From the NCBI GenBank assembly GCA_002189035.1, contig NEEC01000004.1, positions 248,001 to 312,000 on the forward strand: a DNA stretch of 64,000 nucleotides, given 5' to 3'. Numbering within the stretch: position 1 is the stretch's first letter; every line of letters begins with the position of its first letter. The position numbers were made by a program, and so were the translations under genes. Below, piece by piece: positions 12,079-24,240 of this stretch. Source of the DNA: Utricularia gibba (taxonomy: Eukaryota; Plantae; Magnoliophyta). Below the pieces are notes generated by a model that worked only from the letters and a program-made list of their open reading frames with translations, was not told where the DNA came from and did not search any database.

Positions 12079-13366
12079 ATGGCGGAAAAGGGGGAAGCTC
12101 AACCTGCAACCGATGGTGAGTTGTTCATCTCCTTCATTTTCTTGTTGCACAATTGTAACAATCTGAGGTGATTTTACAGGCGAGAGAGCTGCCGAGGGAT
12201 CTGCCTTCAGCCGTCCAAAGCGATACAGGTGGTGGATTCAGCTAGTGATCTACTCCATCTTCGTGCTTTTCGGGCAGTCGGTAGGCACTCTCCTAGGGAG
12301 AATATACTTCGAAAAGGGAGGGAAAAGTGAATGGCTGCAGAGCCTGGTTCAAGCCATTGGGTTTCCCATTCTAATCCCATTTCAATGGTTTCATAGAACC
12401 AAGAAGCACCCCTTGGAAGCCACCGCAACCAAACCATCACCGAGTGTTCTGGCTTTGATTTACATCGGCCTCGGCGTGTTCGTCGCCGAGGGATGTATGT
12501 TATACTCCATCGGGACGCGGTACCTCCCCGTCACGACGTTTACGCTAATATGTGCTACACAGTTGGGATTCAACTCCATCTTTTCTTACTTCATCAACCA
12601 TCAGAAGTTCACTCCGTACATAGTGAACTCGGTCGTTCTCCTCACCATATCCTCCATACTACTCGTTTTCCAGCCCAAGTCAGGAGACGCTGGAGCTGCG
12701 AAAACGTCGAACAAGAAGTACATCATCGGGTTCATGTGCACCCTCGTGGCGTCCGCGAGCTGGGCGCTGATGCTGAGCCTCACGCAGCTGGCTTTCCATA
12801 AGGTAATAAAGGAGGAAACCCTAAAAAACGTGATAGAGTTGTCGATCTACGAGTGCCTGGTTGCGTGTGTTTTGTTAATGATAGGCGTCTTCGCTAGTGG
12901 CGATTGGAGGAAGCTGTCGGAAGAGATGAAGGAGTTTCAGGGGGAAAGTCTCGTATGTGATGACCTTGTTTTGGACAGCGGTTGCTTGGCAAGAGATGAA
13001 GGAAGTTTCGGCTGGGGAAAGTCATGTAGTCGGGATATTTGGGCTCCCCATTGGACCTATCCTGGCTGTTATAGTTCTGAACGATAAGTTCACTGGGCTG
13101 AAGGGCATTTCCATGTAGTTTAGCGATGTGGGCTCCCCATTGGACCTATCCTGGCTGTTATAGTTCTGAACGATAAGTTCACTGGGCTGAAGGGCATTTC
13201 CATGGGTTTAGCGATGTGGGGGTTCGTTTCTTACATGTATGAGTATTATCTTGATCACGTGAAGATGAAGCGGATGCATGCATCTGATGCAGAAGCTGCA
13301 GACCAGCCCCCATTGTCTGTCCCCAGAACACACGAAATGAGTGAGATGTGTACCTATATTTGTTAG
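12079..13366 (+). pseudogene. Second purine permease paralog, disrupted near its 3' end by a frameshift, a deletion/replacement and an 89-bp tandem duplication
   Basis: Same exon structure as PUP1 (12079-12115, 12180 onward); colinear to EEMKEF (~12935), then the frame shifts; the LFQVGNVGLIFRVSSLFS-equivalent segment is missing; GLPIGPILAVIV...GISM is duplicated. Confidence 0.82.
13041..13218 (+). repeat. 89-bp tandem duplication inside the PUP pseudogene
   Basis: gggctccccattggacctatcctggctgttatagttctgaacgataagttcactgggctgaagggcatttccatg starts at 13041 and again at 13130. Confidence 0.95.
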
Positions 13367-13679
13367 AATACATAATATTACATCGAAAAATAAAAATAAA
13401 ATAATTAAATATATAATAAATTAGAAATAACAAGTATTTTATTAAATCTAATATTTTATATTATGATTTATGTTTTTTGTATAATTATACGTGTGGGTCA
13501 CCTGACTCATCTAATTTTGAATTTCAGCAATATTAATACATTATGAGAACCCACATTCAAATCCCAAGTAAACACAGTAACTGGAATGCAAATCCCTCAT
13601 TGCGTTATAAACATAAGTCACGTATACGTCTTAAAAGTTCCCAGAAACAAGGGGCTTAGTATAAAGGAAGGCGGCATGA

Positions 13680-13943
13680 TTCGAACACAGACAGAAGTGA
13701 ACACAATGGCCCCAAGGCATCATCGGCTTCGTTGTAAGGCAAATGGATGGTTCCACAAGGAATTTGAAAATAAAGTTGCTGATTCGCAAGCCCAAGGTCG
13801 AGGCATTTACTACACTCCAGTGTTTGTTTGTTAGCGTGGTCGAATGCGCAGCTGAATCAATCGAAATTAATGAGTTCACATGTGATATCGTACGGATCAT
13901 ATACTTTGAGAACAAGAGCTACTACTACTTCCACCCAGCATAA
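13680..13943 (+). mobile_element. Possible degenerate RNase H-like (RVT_3) fragment of a non-LTR retroelement
   Basis: EVNTMA, then after a frameshift GIIGFVVRQMDG...PKVEAF...SIEINE, loosely matching KVNTDGA...G.GFVVRD..G...P..AEA...V.IESD. Confidence 0.3.
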
Positions 13944-15730
13944 TGGCGATGGGAGTTTCTTTTCTTTCTGTTAAAAAAAACCAATTCCACATTCAAAATT
14001 GAAAGTACGATATCTTGGCTTATAACAAGATGTGAATTAATGATACTTTATTTTTTACTTATTTTCACAAGACGACACACCTCTTTTATAAACTCTGAGT
14101 TTCATATATACTCATTCGATTTAGTAGAATTGAGTGTTTTATTAAAAAAAAAAACAAAAAAGATGTGTTCACATAGTTCATTTGTTTTTGATATACATGT
14201 TCATGACATGAAATACATATGTTATGAAAATGATTTAAATTATATGAATTTTCTTAATCATGCGATGTTTTAGTTCTTTTTTTTTCATATGTTCTAGACA
14301 TATATATCCTCAAAAAACATATATGTAACAATTTAAATACATTATGAATTATATATAAAGCTCGGTGCACAGGGGGTTCGAAATCTGAATACCACGTAGC
14401 CCGACTTTACACACAATCTTGAGGAGGATTCCACCATGTTTTGGAGAGATTCCATTCCATTCCGTTTCCACTTCCATTCAGTGCCTTTAGCCCCCATCTC
14501 TGTCTCCTCCAATCTGAAAAGCCGCAGGCAGGTTCGCAGATTCTTCCTCAGAATCCCAAAAACACCGATCGCGCAGAATATCTCATCGGATCTTATCCCT
14601 TCTCCCCTTTTTGTAGTTGCTGCCTTTCTATCTCTACCCCCAGGCATCATCCTCTCAACCTGCGTTATCTCACAGCGCCGAAGATGCAAAGCCCATCCCT
14701 CCGTCGTTTGCAGTAACGCATTGCTTCACAGGGTGGGTTTGCCGTCGGACAAGACAACGTCGATATCGGGCAGGGGACAACAAGAATATTCGTACACGAC
14801 AGACATGCGTAGGCTTGGCGTAAAATGCTTACATTAGAAATGGGGTTGTAATATATGCACGAGCATGGGGAAAGCGATGCGCTCCCTATCGTGCATGAAA
14901 TTCCATTCATCTCTTCTGCTTCCCGATTCCGTCTCTCGAATAGTGAATAAATAATCATACATCAAAAAATTAAAGATCAAGTATATATAAGATGTTGAAC
15001 CTCATTAGTAGTCAGTTAATTTTAATGTTTTTTAATATAATTTATGTATCTTATATATTAAACTTTATGTATATTCGATAACTCATCAAATTTTAATTTC
15101 AAAATTTTAACTATTAGAATACACAATTCCACATAAATAAATGAAATTATATAATTAAATATATAAAAAATTACATATCATAATTAATTGATTGGATCTA
15201 ATTGTGATAATGTTTATTGTGTACTTGCACTTATTGTGTATTTGTCCAATCCATCAAATCTTGAATTTCAACATTAACTATCATTGTTGATAAGATCTAA
15301 ATATGAAGAAATGTATGAGATATGTGTGTGTGTTCCAATTTAACATGTATTATCATGTTTTACTTATCTAATCTCATTCGAGCACTCTTAACTTTGAAGT
15401 TCGTGAAATGGGTTTGATTTATATGAATAATACGAATAAAATATTAAGAGGATGATTGATATGGAATCCAATCCGGTGTATCTACTACTGTTCACTTGTT
15501 GCCTTTTTCTTTACCGGAGGGAATAAAGTGGGCGCAAGTGACACTCGGAATTCGAAGTACGTCACCCCGCCATACCACACACACAAAATAAACCCATTTA
15601 AAATAATAAATTAAAAGCCTAAGATACTATTATTAATTTATTATTATTATTTATCCACCATGCGCGCAGCCGTGCATGTATAAAACGCACCCTGAGAGAC
15701 ACCAGAGCTCCATCGCTTGACTGCAGAGCA

Positions 15731-16033
15731 ATGGAGTCCAATCGCTCCAAGAGAAAAGCTTTAACCAAAGCCATGATCGTTCTGTCCATGTACCGGGCCG
15801 GGCGGACCTCGCTGGGGCTGGGATCAACCCCCTCTTCGCGGCTGATAATCATGAACCAGGACAAGGCCTATTCTCCGGCGGCACCCACCGTCGCCATTGT
15901 CGTCCCGGAAGGCGGCCGGGAGGATTCGTGCCAAGACTTCTACGAAGAGGAGGACTGCATCGACGAGAGAGCCTCGCGGTACATAACCAGTGTTCGTGAG
16001 AGACTGGGGCTTGAACGGGGGAGTTCGGAGTGA
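15731..16033 (+). CDS. Small uncharacterised plant protein with a DUF761/cotton-fibre-like C-terminal motif, 100 aa
   Basis: C-terminal IDERASRYITSVRERLGLER resembles VD.KA..YIS.V.ERFRLER; TATAAA near 15679 precedes the ATG. Confidence 0.7.
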   Translation: MESNRSKRKALTKAMIVLSMYRAGRTSLGLGSTPSSRLIIMNQDKAYSPAAPTVAIVVPEGGREDSCQDFYEEEDCIDERASRYITSVRERLGLERGSSE

Positions 16034-18146
16034 AGCAGCAGAGCACACTCCCTTGTCAGTTCCTCTCTTTTTACCTTTTCATCAAATGCAATGCCTTGTT
16101 AATTAATTTCCATGTCGTGCGCTGCGCACTTGATGACATGAAATGTTGAATTTGAAACACATAATCTAACTGCGGGGAAACTCATTCATCCCATGCAATC
16201 CATTTCGTTTACACGACGTGGGAGGCTCATCTTCTTCTGAGTTCTACCCTCGACTCACACACACTTATCGAGCTCCGAACTACATCTTCTGAAGAGTCCC
16301 TGCACATTGGAAGAAGCTCTGGCAGCTCCCCTTGTGATTAATTGTGGTACTTTCCAGAAAAACATGACAAGTTGTTTACTTTTTCCTAAGTAACATACAC
16401 TTGTGAGTCTGTGACCGGCGGCAAACAAGAAAAGAAAAAAAAAGACCCCCTGCCGTAAAGACCTTGAGAGCAACCCGATTTTTAAAGTTATCGGAAGAAA
16501 AAGGAGAATAAGCAGAGAAGTAGACAGCCTATTTTCTCGAAAATCTGTCTTTTTTTCGTATTTTTTAGTTTCAATTTGAATTTAGGAGATTTATGTTTGA
16601 TTTACTTTTATACGTTAATTCGCAACTTGAGAGACTTCTAAAGGTATTATTATATGAGTGTTTTGAAATAGTTCTGAAAATCTGTTTTTGCATTGAGAAA
16701 GAGTGTAAATTCGGAAGATTTCATTCTCGTTTTGTTTTAAAATTTTAAACGAATTCGATAAATTTAGAATTAAAATGGTTATAAATTGTGTACAAAAAGT
16801 GAAATACCTTTAAAAGTAATTTTCATGGAAAGTAGAAAAGGAAAATAGTTTTTGAAAAGAGAGAATTTCCAAGTGAGAAAAAAAAGGAACCAAATGGGAT
16901 AAATAGACTTTTAGATGCTTTTCACTTTAAAAAAAATAGACTGAGAAGTAAACAGTAAATAATTCTCACTGTTATGAATGTGTTTCAAGTATTTCACCGC
17001 ACAAAAATAGTAATTTTCTTTTAAGGAGAATGGGAATGAAGATTCCTCAATGCACCAAACAATGAGAATGATTGCTTGGGATTGCACTTGCAGAAAAACC
17101 AGAAGAGAAATCCAGAGAAGTTTTCTTATATTCACTTTACCATCTAAAAGATAAGATTCCCTGAACTTGGGCAGCAATTCCTTGTGCAACAGCAGCTTCC
17201 AGAACACCTCCAACACGGTGGCAATGATCTCGCCGGGGTTGCGGCAGCCTGAGGACTGGTGGCGGAGGAGGGTCTCCTTCGCTTCTTCCATAAATTGAAC
17301 GTGTGTTTTGTTGTATATTCATCCCCTGTGTTGAGGGAACTTGGGCAGAATCTGGTTCTGTCCGGTGTTTTGAAACGAATCCTTCGCGGATCTCTGTAAC
17401 TTTGTTACTGATTTGTGATGATAACTTGCAGCAGGTTTTCCCGAGGGGCAACACTGCTGTTTGATCGACAACGAATGGAACCTCGATCCGCCATTCCCAC
17501 CTTCCAGAAGTACACAGAAGAGGTTCCCCATTCGCCAACACCCAAGAATTAGGTTCATGTTGCTTAGACGATTCGTTTCGTTGAGTAACGCGATTGCCCC
17601 GGATTTGTTCTTCAGATTCCGGCCAAGGGTTTAGCAGGAAGAGTAGCATTGCTGCCATGATCCAAATGCCTACCCTCTCCCCAGTACTTCTTTCCTTCTC
17701 ACCGGGCATGGGAATGAAGCAAGCATACGCAAATCCGATGGAAATTTCGATGTCAATCTGGAGAAAATACAGCAAAATGGGAGAGCCCAACAACAAATAT
17801 GGTAATAGTAGGCAATTATTTTTCCCCAATTCCAAGGTCTCAGCTTCTGGAGCAAAGAGGCTCAAGAGAAAGCTTTAGATTTCTGACCATACAAACATAA
17901 GAAGAATGCATCCATTGAATCACCAAGGAACACAGTTTTTTTCAGAACCCAACAGCGAAGCTTATGCAATCAGATGCATCCCGTCTAAACAAGACCAAAA
18001 GTCTGGGATCTACAAAAAGAGCACACAACAGCCAAGATGATGAATATAAATCCATCCACAAGCTGCTACGAGAATAGCATGTTCATGACATGGTAAATGT
18101 GTACTTGATTCAACACCTGCTTCAGATTCAGTAGGAATCCTGGTCA

Positions 18147-19328
18147 TCACGCGTAGTTTAGGCGGAAAATGTCATTAAACACATAGAAGCTTCCTTGTGG
18201 AGTTGGTATCAAATGGAACATCTGGACAGAGCATAATAGCAGAGTTAATTCAAAAAAAGTAGCACGAAAACACATTTTCTGATACCAGACTCGTCCAAGT
18301 GGAGTTAGTCGAAAGAAAGTAGCATGTAAAAAATGCACACTATCAGCTTGGCATGGCTTTTCCTGACTAGCATGCACATTAAAGAGAGGAAGAAGAACAA
18401 TAGCAAGAGATATCCCCCAAAAAAACACATAATGGAATACGTGTGAGATGAGGAGTGATTTGATGTGCAAACTCAAGCACTGACCGGACAACACATACGC
18501 ACTCCCTTTGCATGGATGGTTTGGTAGGATACAATGTAGCCCAAATACTACGCAGTCTCAAATTCTACCCTTGGTACGCCATCTATGACATTGGGTAAGG
18601 TCTAAAAAGAGAAAGCGAGAGTGCAAGAGTGTGCGACTAAAGCGCGGAACTTGCTAGAGCACAGCTAAAATCGGAAAATGTGGTCCATAAATTGTGATAC
18701 CGATTACTTCAGTAGCGGAATAAGCATTGATATTTATAAATTGGCGCAAAAAAAAAAAAAAAAGAAGACAGATCAAACCCTAAATTTCGTACTCGGAAGC
18801 AATCCACTGCCTAAGAGTTGAGTAAATTGGCTAATTTAAGAGGCACGGGAACGGCTATTGGCAGCAATAAACAAACAGCATCAAACCACAAGGGACCACA
18901 TCCCAAGCGCTAAGCAGAGCATCACGACCCAAGACATAATCCAAATACGAGATTGATAACATGCCCAAAATCTACAAATTCCGAAACCAGATCCGATCGG
19001 AAAAAAATAAGAGGCAAGCGACATAATAGTACCTGACTGAACTTGAGAGCGTGCTGCTCACCGGCAAGCTGAATATTTCCGGAGACAAAAACAAGCATCC
19101 CCCAGCAGGGCCCGAGGGCTGGCAATCCACGGTGCTGATTTGATGCTGGCACTGCTGAAACGGGAGACTGATGAGCTTGGCGACAATATTCTGCGCTCCA
19201 CTGATCTTCTGTCCCTCAAAAGTGAGCATAGATCCATCCTGGTACAGATTAGCAAGACCACCACGATTCGCATCGAAAGTGGAGTAGTAGTGGTCGACAA
19301 AGGCCTTGGCCAACGCGTCAGGATCCAT
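18147..19328 (-). CDS. NTF2: Nuclear transport factor 2; exons 19328-19033 and 18221-18147; apparent 1-bp deletion at ~19098-19103
   Basis: MDPDALAKAFVDHYYSTFD...TVDCQPSGPAGG, frameshift, MLVFVSGNIQLAGEQHALKFSQ, then exon 2 MFHLIPTPQGSFYVFNDIFRLNYA*. Confidence 0.92.
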
Positions 19329-19889
19329 CGGAATCGGATACTTGGCGGCGGCGCGGCAGACTCCCCCTCTTGGCGTTTGCTTCCTCACAAATCTCCAATT
19401 CGCAAACGCTACCTAAAACAATTAATTTCTTTTCATTTTGATTTGTTGGTTACAAAATAAGCAAATAATGACGTGGCTCCCATCCAATTGAGACAGCTTT
19501 GGGCCCATCCCTTCTAACGTAGGCCTAGATTGACGTAATTCTTTTAAAAAGATTTTGGGCCTATTCCATATCATGAAAAGACAACTCTACCCCTACACCT
19601 GATTAGAAATTCAAGTAAAAAAAAATGTGTCGGTCGTTGTGGCTTCCAGAGTAGGGGCGGTTTTTTCTTCCTCTCTTCTTCATTCACGAGTTTATACCTT
19701 TTTTTTTTCTTCTGCAAAAAGCGTATCGGAGTTCTGACTTGTTGTTCGATGCGGGTTAACCGGGAATTCTTGATATGATTTCTTAGCTGAATTTGGTATT
19801 CGATTGCAATTATACGTTGCCTTTTTGCTTTGATTTGGAGGAATCTTTTTTCCTAGGTTGGTTAACCTAATTTGTTATTTAGCAAGTTG

Positions 19890-20290
19890 ATGGCGGATCT
19901 TGTCGGTCCAAGACTTTACAGTTGTTGCCGCTGTCGAAATCATGTTGCTCTTCATGATGATTGTATCTCCAAGGCCTTTCAGGTTCCAATCCAAAGCAAC
20001 AAAGCAAAATTGAGATCTATTCATATCAGTTTCGTGTTTATCCTCTGAATCGGCTTCCACAGGGAAGATCTGGGCGCGCGTTTCTGTTCTCACACGCGAT
20101 GAACATCTGTGTGGGGCGCAAAGAAGACAGGCAGCTGATGACTGGCCTTCACACTGTTTCCGATGTTCTGTGCGGCGACTGCAGAGAGATCCTGGGATGG
20201 AAGTATGAGAAAGCGTACGAGGAAAGCCAAAGATACAAGGAGGGGAAATTTATCCTCGAGAAGTCGAAGATCGTGAAGGACAACTGGTGA
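19890..20290 (+). CDS. Yippee-like zinc-binding protein; exons 19890-19982 and 20063-20290
   Basis: [31 protein letters not shown]|[14 protein letters not shown]...[42 protein letters not shown]. Confidence 0.95.
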
Positions 20291-21281
20291 ACAAATTGTG
20301 CGCCAATAAACATTTCATTATTGTATATAGGAATCCTATTGTTAAATTGTATGTGAATTGTAAATATCAATACGTCTGTCCATATGTTCTTATGTCGCAT
20401 TATTTTTGGAATTAATTCAACAATTTTATATTCTTAATTTTGATATTTCTAGAATAATAAATAGTTAATTATTGTATTAGAATATCCATGGACACGTAAG
20501 CAGATAGACATGGAAGCGGGTTTTTTGAGAGAGAGAAACAAGGTCAATGAATATTATAAAATTGTTTTTTTTTTGTTTGGTTGGAATATGGTGATGATTA
20601 CAAGGGATTGATTCCCATCACATGTCTACGTATTGAAGTCAAGAATCTATTACTTAATTTCAGTTATATTCAAAACTAATTGTAGTTATTTTTGTCGATT
20701 TTTGTATGAATTGAAATTGAAATTATGGTTAATGGGGCCGAATTAATTAATGAGTTTTTCGGATTTTTTCAAAATTCTGTAATCTACTTGGACAGCACAG
20801 CAGTAATGGCGTAGCGGGTGTTGAAGCGAGACGAATGGTTGCTCTCGCTTCAAGGTAACAAACAGCGTTCCGTGAGCTGCTGTTCTCGGGAACTCGGTGC
20901 TTGTCGGGCCTCTGGATAGAATACTGGCGAGCCAATCCATTCCACGTATGCGTGGGGATGACCTTGTCCTTGCATCGTCTATTAAGCATGGCGGATGAGC
21001 AATAATTATCTTTCTTCTCCTAATCTCATTACCTGTCTGGCCCATTCTGTTCCCCTCCTTGTTGTGATTGGGGTTGCGGTGTTTCTGTCTGCGGCATCGT
21101 CCATCGTTGTCGTTTTAAACTTGGAACAGCTAGGAGCGATGGAGGATGTGAATGGAAAGAATATTGGTGAGTCCAATCCGGTTTGGCTCTGATCTCTTCT
21201 CTCCGACACTAGTCTCACGCCTTGTCTGGAGAAATCCGGGATAAGGGATTACACGCGAGATCTTCTGGTATTGATACAGAG

Positions 21282-23504
21282 ATGCGGCGGCGTTTCGGTG
21301 AGAAGCTATCTTCATTCATTAATAACAGGTGGCTGGTGTTTGTGGCTGCAATATGGATACAATCTTGCGGCGGGGTTGGATATTTATTTGGAAGCCTTTC
21401 GCCCACGATCAAGAGTTCGTTGAGTTATAACCAACGGGAGATCGCGAGGTTGGGTGTGGCGAAGGATTTGGGCGACAGTGTTGGGTTTTTGGCTGGCAGC
21501 TTTTCTGAGATTCTGCCCTTGTGGGGTGCGTTGCTTGTTGGCGCTATTCAGAATCTTGTTGGTTATGGCTGGGTTTGGCTCGTTGTCACCGGAAGAACTC
21601 CTGTTCTGCCATTATGGGCTGTAAGTATCTCTTTTCGAGGTTTTTGTATCAAATACCGATATTCATAAGCAGTTGTGACATCAAATGTTAATGAACTTGG
21701 ATATCAGTTGTGCTCCTTAGAATAGCATCTTGAATAGTGAACTACTTCAAATGATTCTGGTGATATCTTTTGTATTTTGGTTGCTTGTTTTTTATCCTTT
21801 TCGGAAATAGAGAATAGCTGTAGAGCTGATGTCAGGTGGGATGACAGTGGATTGCGTTGCGTCTGCAATTGTTGACCCGAAAATGAAACTTTTAACCAAA
21901 TGAACACAGAAGTTTTTGCGAAAAATTTCTACAAGACTGAAGGTTATGTCTTGCTGGTTTTCCACTTCTTTTCTAATTTCAAGCATATAAATGCAGATGT
22001 GCGTTCTTATATTCGTGGGAACAAATGGTGAAACCTACTTCAATACAGCTTCATTGGTGTCTTGTGTACAAAACTTCCCTAAAAGCCGTGGCCCTGTGGT
22101 GGGTGTACTCAAGGGCTTTGCTGGACTAAGTGGAGCTATTTTAACTCAGATTTATGCCCTCGTCAATTCTCCAGACCATGCATCACTAATATTTATGGTT
22201 GCGGTTGGACCTACGATTGTTGTGATTTCTCTAATGTTTATGATCAGGCCAGTGGGGGGTCATAAGCAAATAAGACCAACCGATGATCTCTGCGCCTCCA
22301 TCATTTACAGTTTATGTGTTCTTTTGGGTGTGTATCTGTTGGGAGTCATGATTGTTGAAGAAGTAGTAAACCTGAGTCACACTGTTGTCTTAATTTTTAC
22401 TGTGATTCTATTTTCTCTTCTGTTGTTCCCAATTGTTGTCCCGGTGGCACTTACACTGTCCGAGGAACCAAAGCCATCTGCTGAAGAGGTATTGTTGTTA
22501 CCTGACACTCAAAGACAAGGGACCAGCAACTCAAGAGAACAGGAACAAGAAATCATATTCAGTGAGTTCGAAGATGAGAAACCGAAGGATGTTGATTTGC
22601 TTCCTGCTTTGGAGAGGCATAAAAGAATTGCTCATCTTCAGGCAAAATTAGCCCAAGCTGCAGCAGAAGGAGCAGTGAGAATCAAGAAACGAAGACCTCA
22701 TAGAGGAGAGGATTTCACCCTGACGGAGGCATTAATAAAGGCTGATTTTTGGCTCATGTTTTTCTCTCTTCTATTGGGTTCAGGTTCTGGTTTGACGGTA
22801 ATTGATAACATGGGGCAGTTGTCCCAGTCCTTGGGGTATGACAACGCTCATGTCTTTGTCTCCATGATCAGCATCTGGAACTTCCTCGGCCGTGTGGGTG
22901 GTGGCTACTTCTCTGAGAAAATTGTCAAGTAAGTGCCCATGTTTTTTTTTTGCAACTCAAGTCCTCTCATCTGTTATTTTAACCAAAAACACATGCGTGT
23001 AGGGATTATGCATATCCAAGACATCTAGCTATGGCAGTTGCCCAAGCAGCAATGGCAGTTGGTCACTTCCTGTTCGCCATGGGTTGGCCGGGGGTGATGT
23101 ATGTGGGAACAGTTCTCGTTGGTCTCGGATATGGTGCTCACTGGGCTATTGTTCCTGCCGCAGCTTCTGAGTTGTTTGGCCTGAAAAAATTTGGTGCCTT
23201 GTACAATTTCCTCACCCTTGCAAACCCTGCTGGTTCCTTGGTCTTCTCCGGCATCATTGCCAGTAGCATCTATGACCGTGAGGCTGAGAAGCAAGCTCAT
23301 GGTGGACATAGTGCGACTATGTTCACTTCGTTTTCAAGATATATCCGAGTGGAAGATCCTCCCAAATGCGTGGGCGCCATTTGCTTCTTCCTCACCTTCA
23401 TGATCATGTCCGGGTTTTGCATCATCGCCGTTCTTTTGAGCTTGATTCTTGTGTACAGAACAAAGCCTGTGTATGCCAATCTATACGGAAGACCTCAGCG
23501 TTAA
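21282..23504 (+). CDS. Nodulin-like MFS transporter (NUCLEAR FUSION DEFECTIVE 4-like); exons 21282-21620, 21997-22928, 23003-23504
   Basis: NNRWLVFVAAIWIQSCGGVGYLFGSLSP...GTNGETYFNTASLVSCVQNFPKSRGPVVGVLKGFAGLSGAI...GSGSGLTVIDNMGQ...ASELFGLKKFGALYNFLTLANPAGS. Confidence 0.95.
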
Positions 23505-24240
23505 GCTGTGCGAGGACTGGTTTGCATAAAGAGTGCACTATGTAGTCATTATATGATCAGATGATCATGATGATATTTCTGTCTTCTCTGTGACATATTC
23601 TTTAGTGAAATATGCATCAAGGGAGAGTTCTAAATAATGAGATCATAATTGTGCTTGATTTGTTCTCTTTGGCTTTGTCTTCACAAGGAAACAGAAAGCT
23701 TCTTTCTTGTGTGTTGCACAAATCAGGAGCATTTCTGAGGAAGGGCAGGTGGCCTGCTCCCTTGGACATACAGTGACATCACTAATACATGTTCTAAATG
23801 AAACACAAAGAAACAAATCCTGTGGGTAACAGTCACCAACACCTTTTATAATGGATGTTGACAAGAAAGCACAAAATGAGATGAAGAGAGCAGCAGGGTT
23901 CACTTCCGATCCATTCCCTTTCTTGTGGGAGGACGCAGTGATGAGAGGGAACTTCATGAGGAAGGTTTTGTCCGGCGGCGAGCGATCGGGAATCTTCTCT
24001 GAGAGTGAGAGGCCCTTGAAAGTGGCGGCGAGAAAGAAACTCAGAGATTGGCGTCACCCTCCCAAGAGATCAACCACCCTTGGCGCAAATTTTACTGTGT
24101 TCTATTGTTTTTATATATTTATGTTAGTTCTATAACAAAAGAAAAGTAATTTTTATTTTTACAAATAAAATTTTAGTCATGAAATTTAAGATGTGACGTG
24201 TGAGCTCAATGCCATATTACAAGAGTGTCACAAAAAACAA

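Noticed and set aside
13041-13218. Direct repeats considered as a possible CRISPR-like array
   Set aside because: Eukaryotic coding duplication with no spacers; no CRISPR, rRNA or tRNA genes are evident anywhere in the window
16106-16144. Small hairpin with gtgcgc-t-gcgcac core in the DUF761-like 3' UTR
   Set aside because: Too short for a pre-miRNA; expected by chance
17319-17558. MGNLFC... resemblance to the HIR1/band-7 N-terminus
   Set aside because: Similarity limited to ~6 residues; the rest does not align
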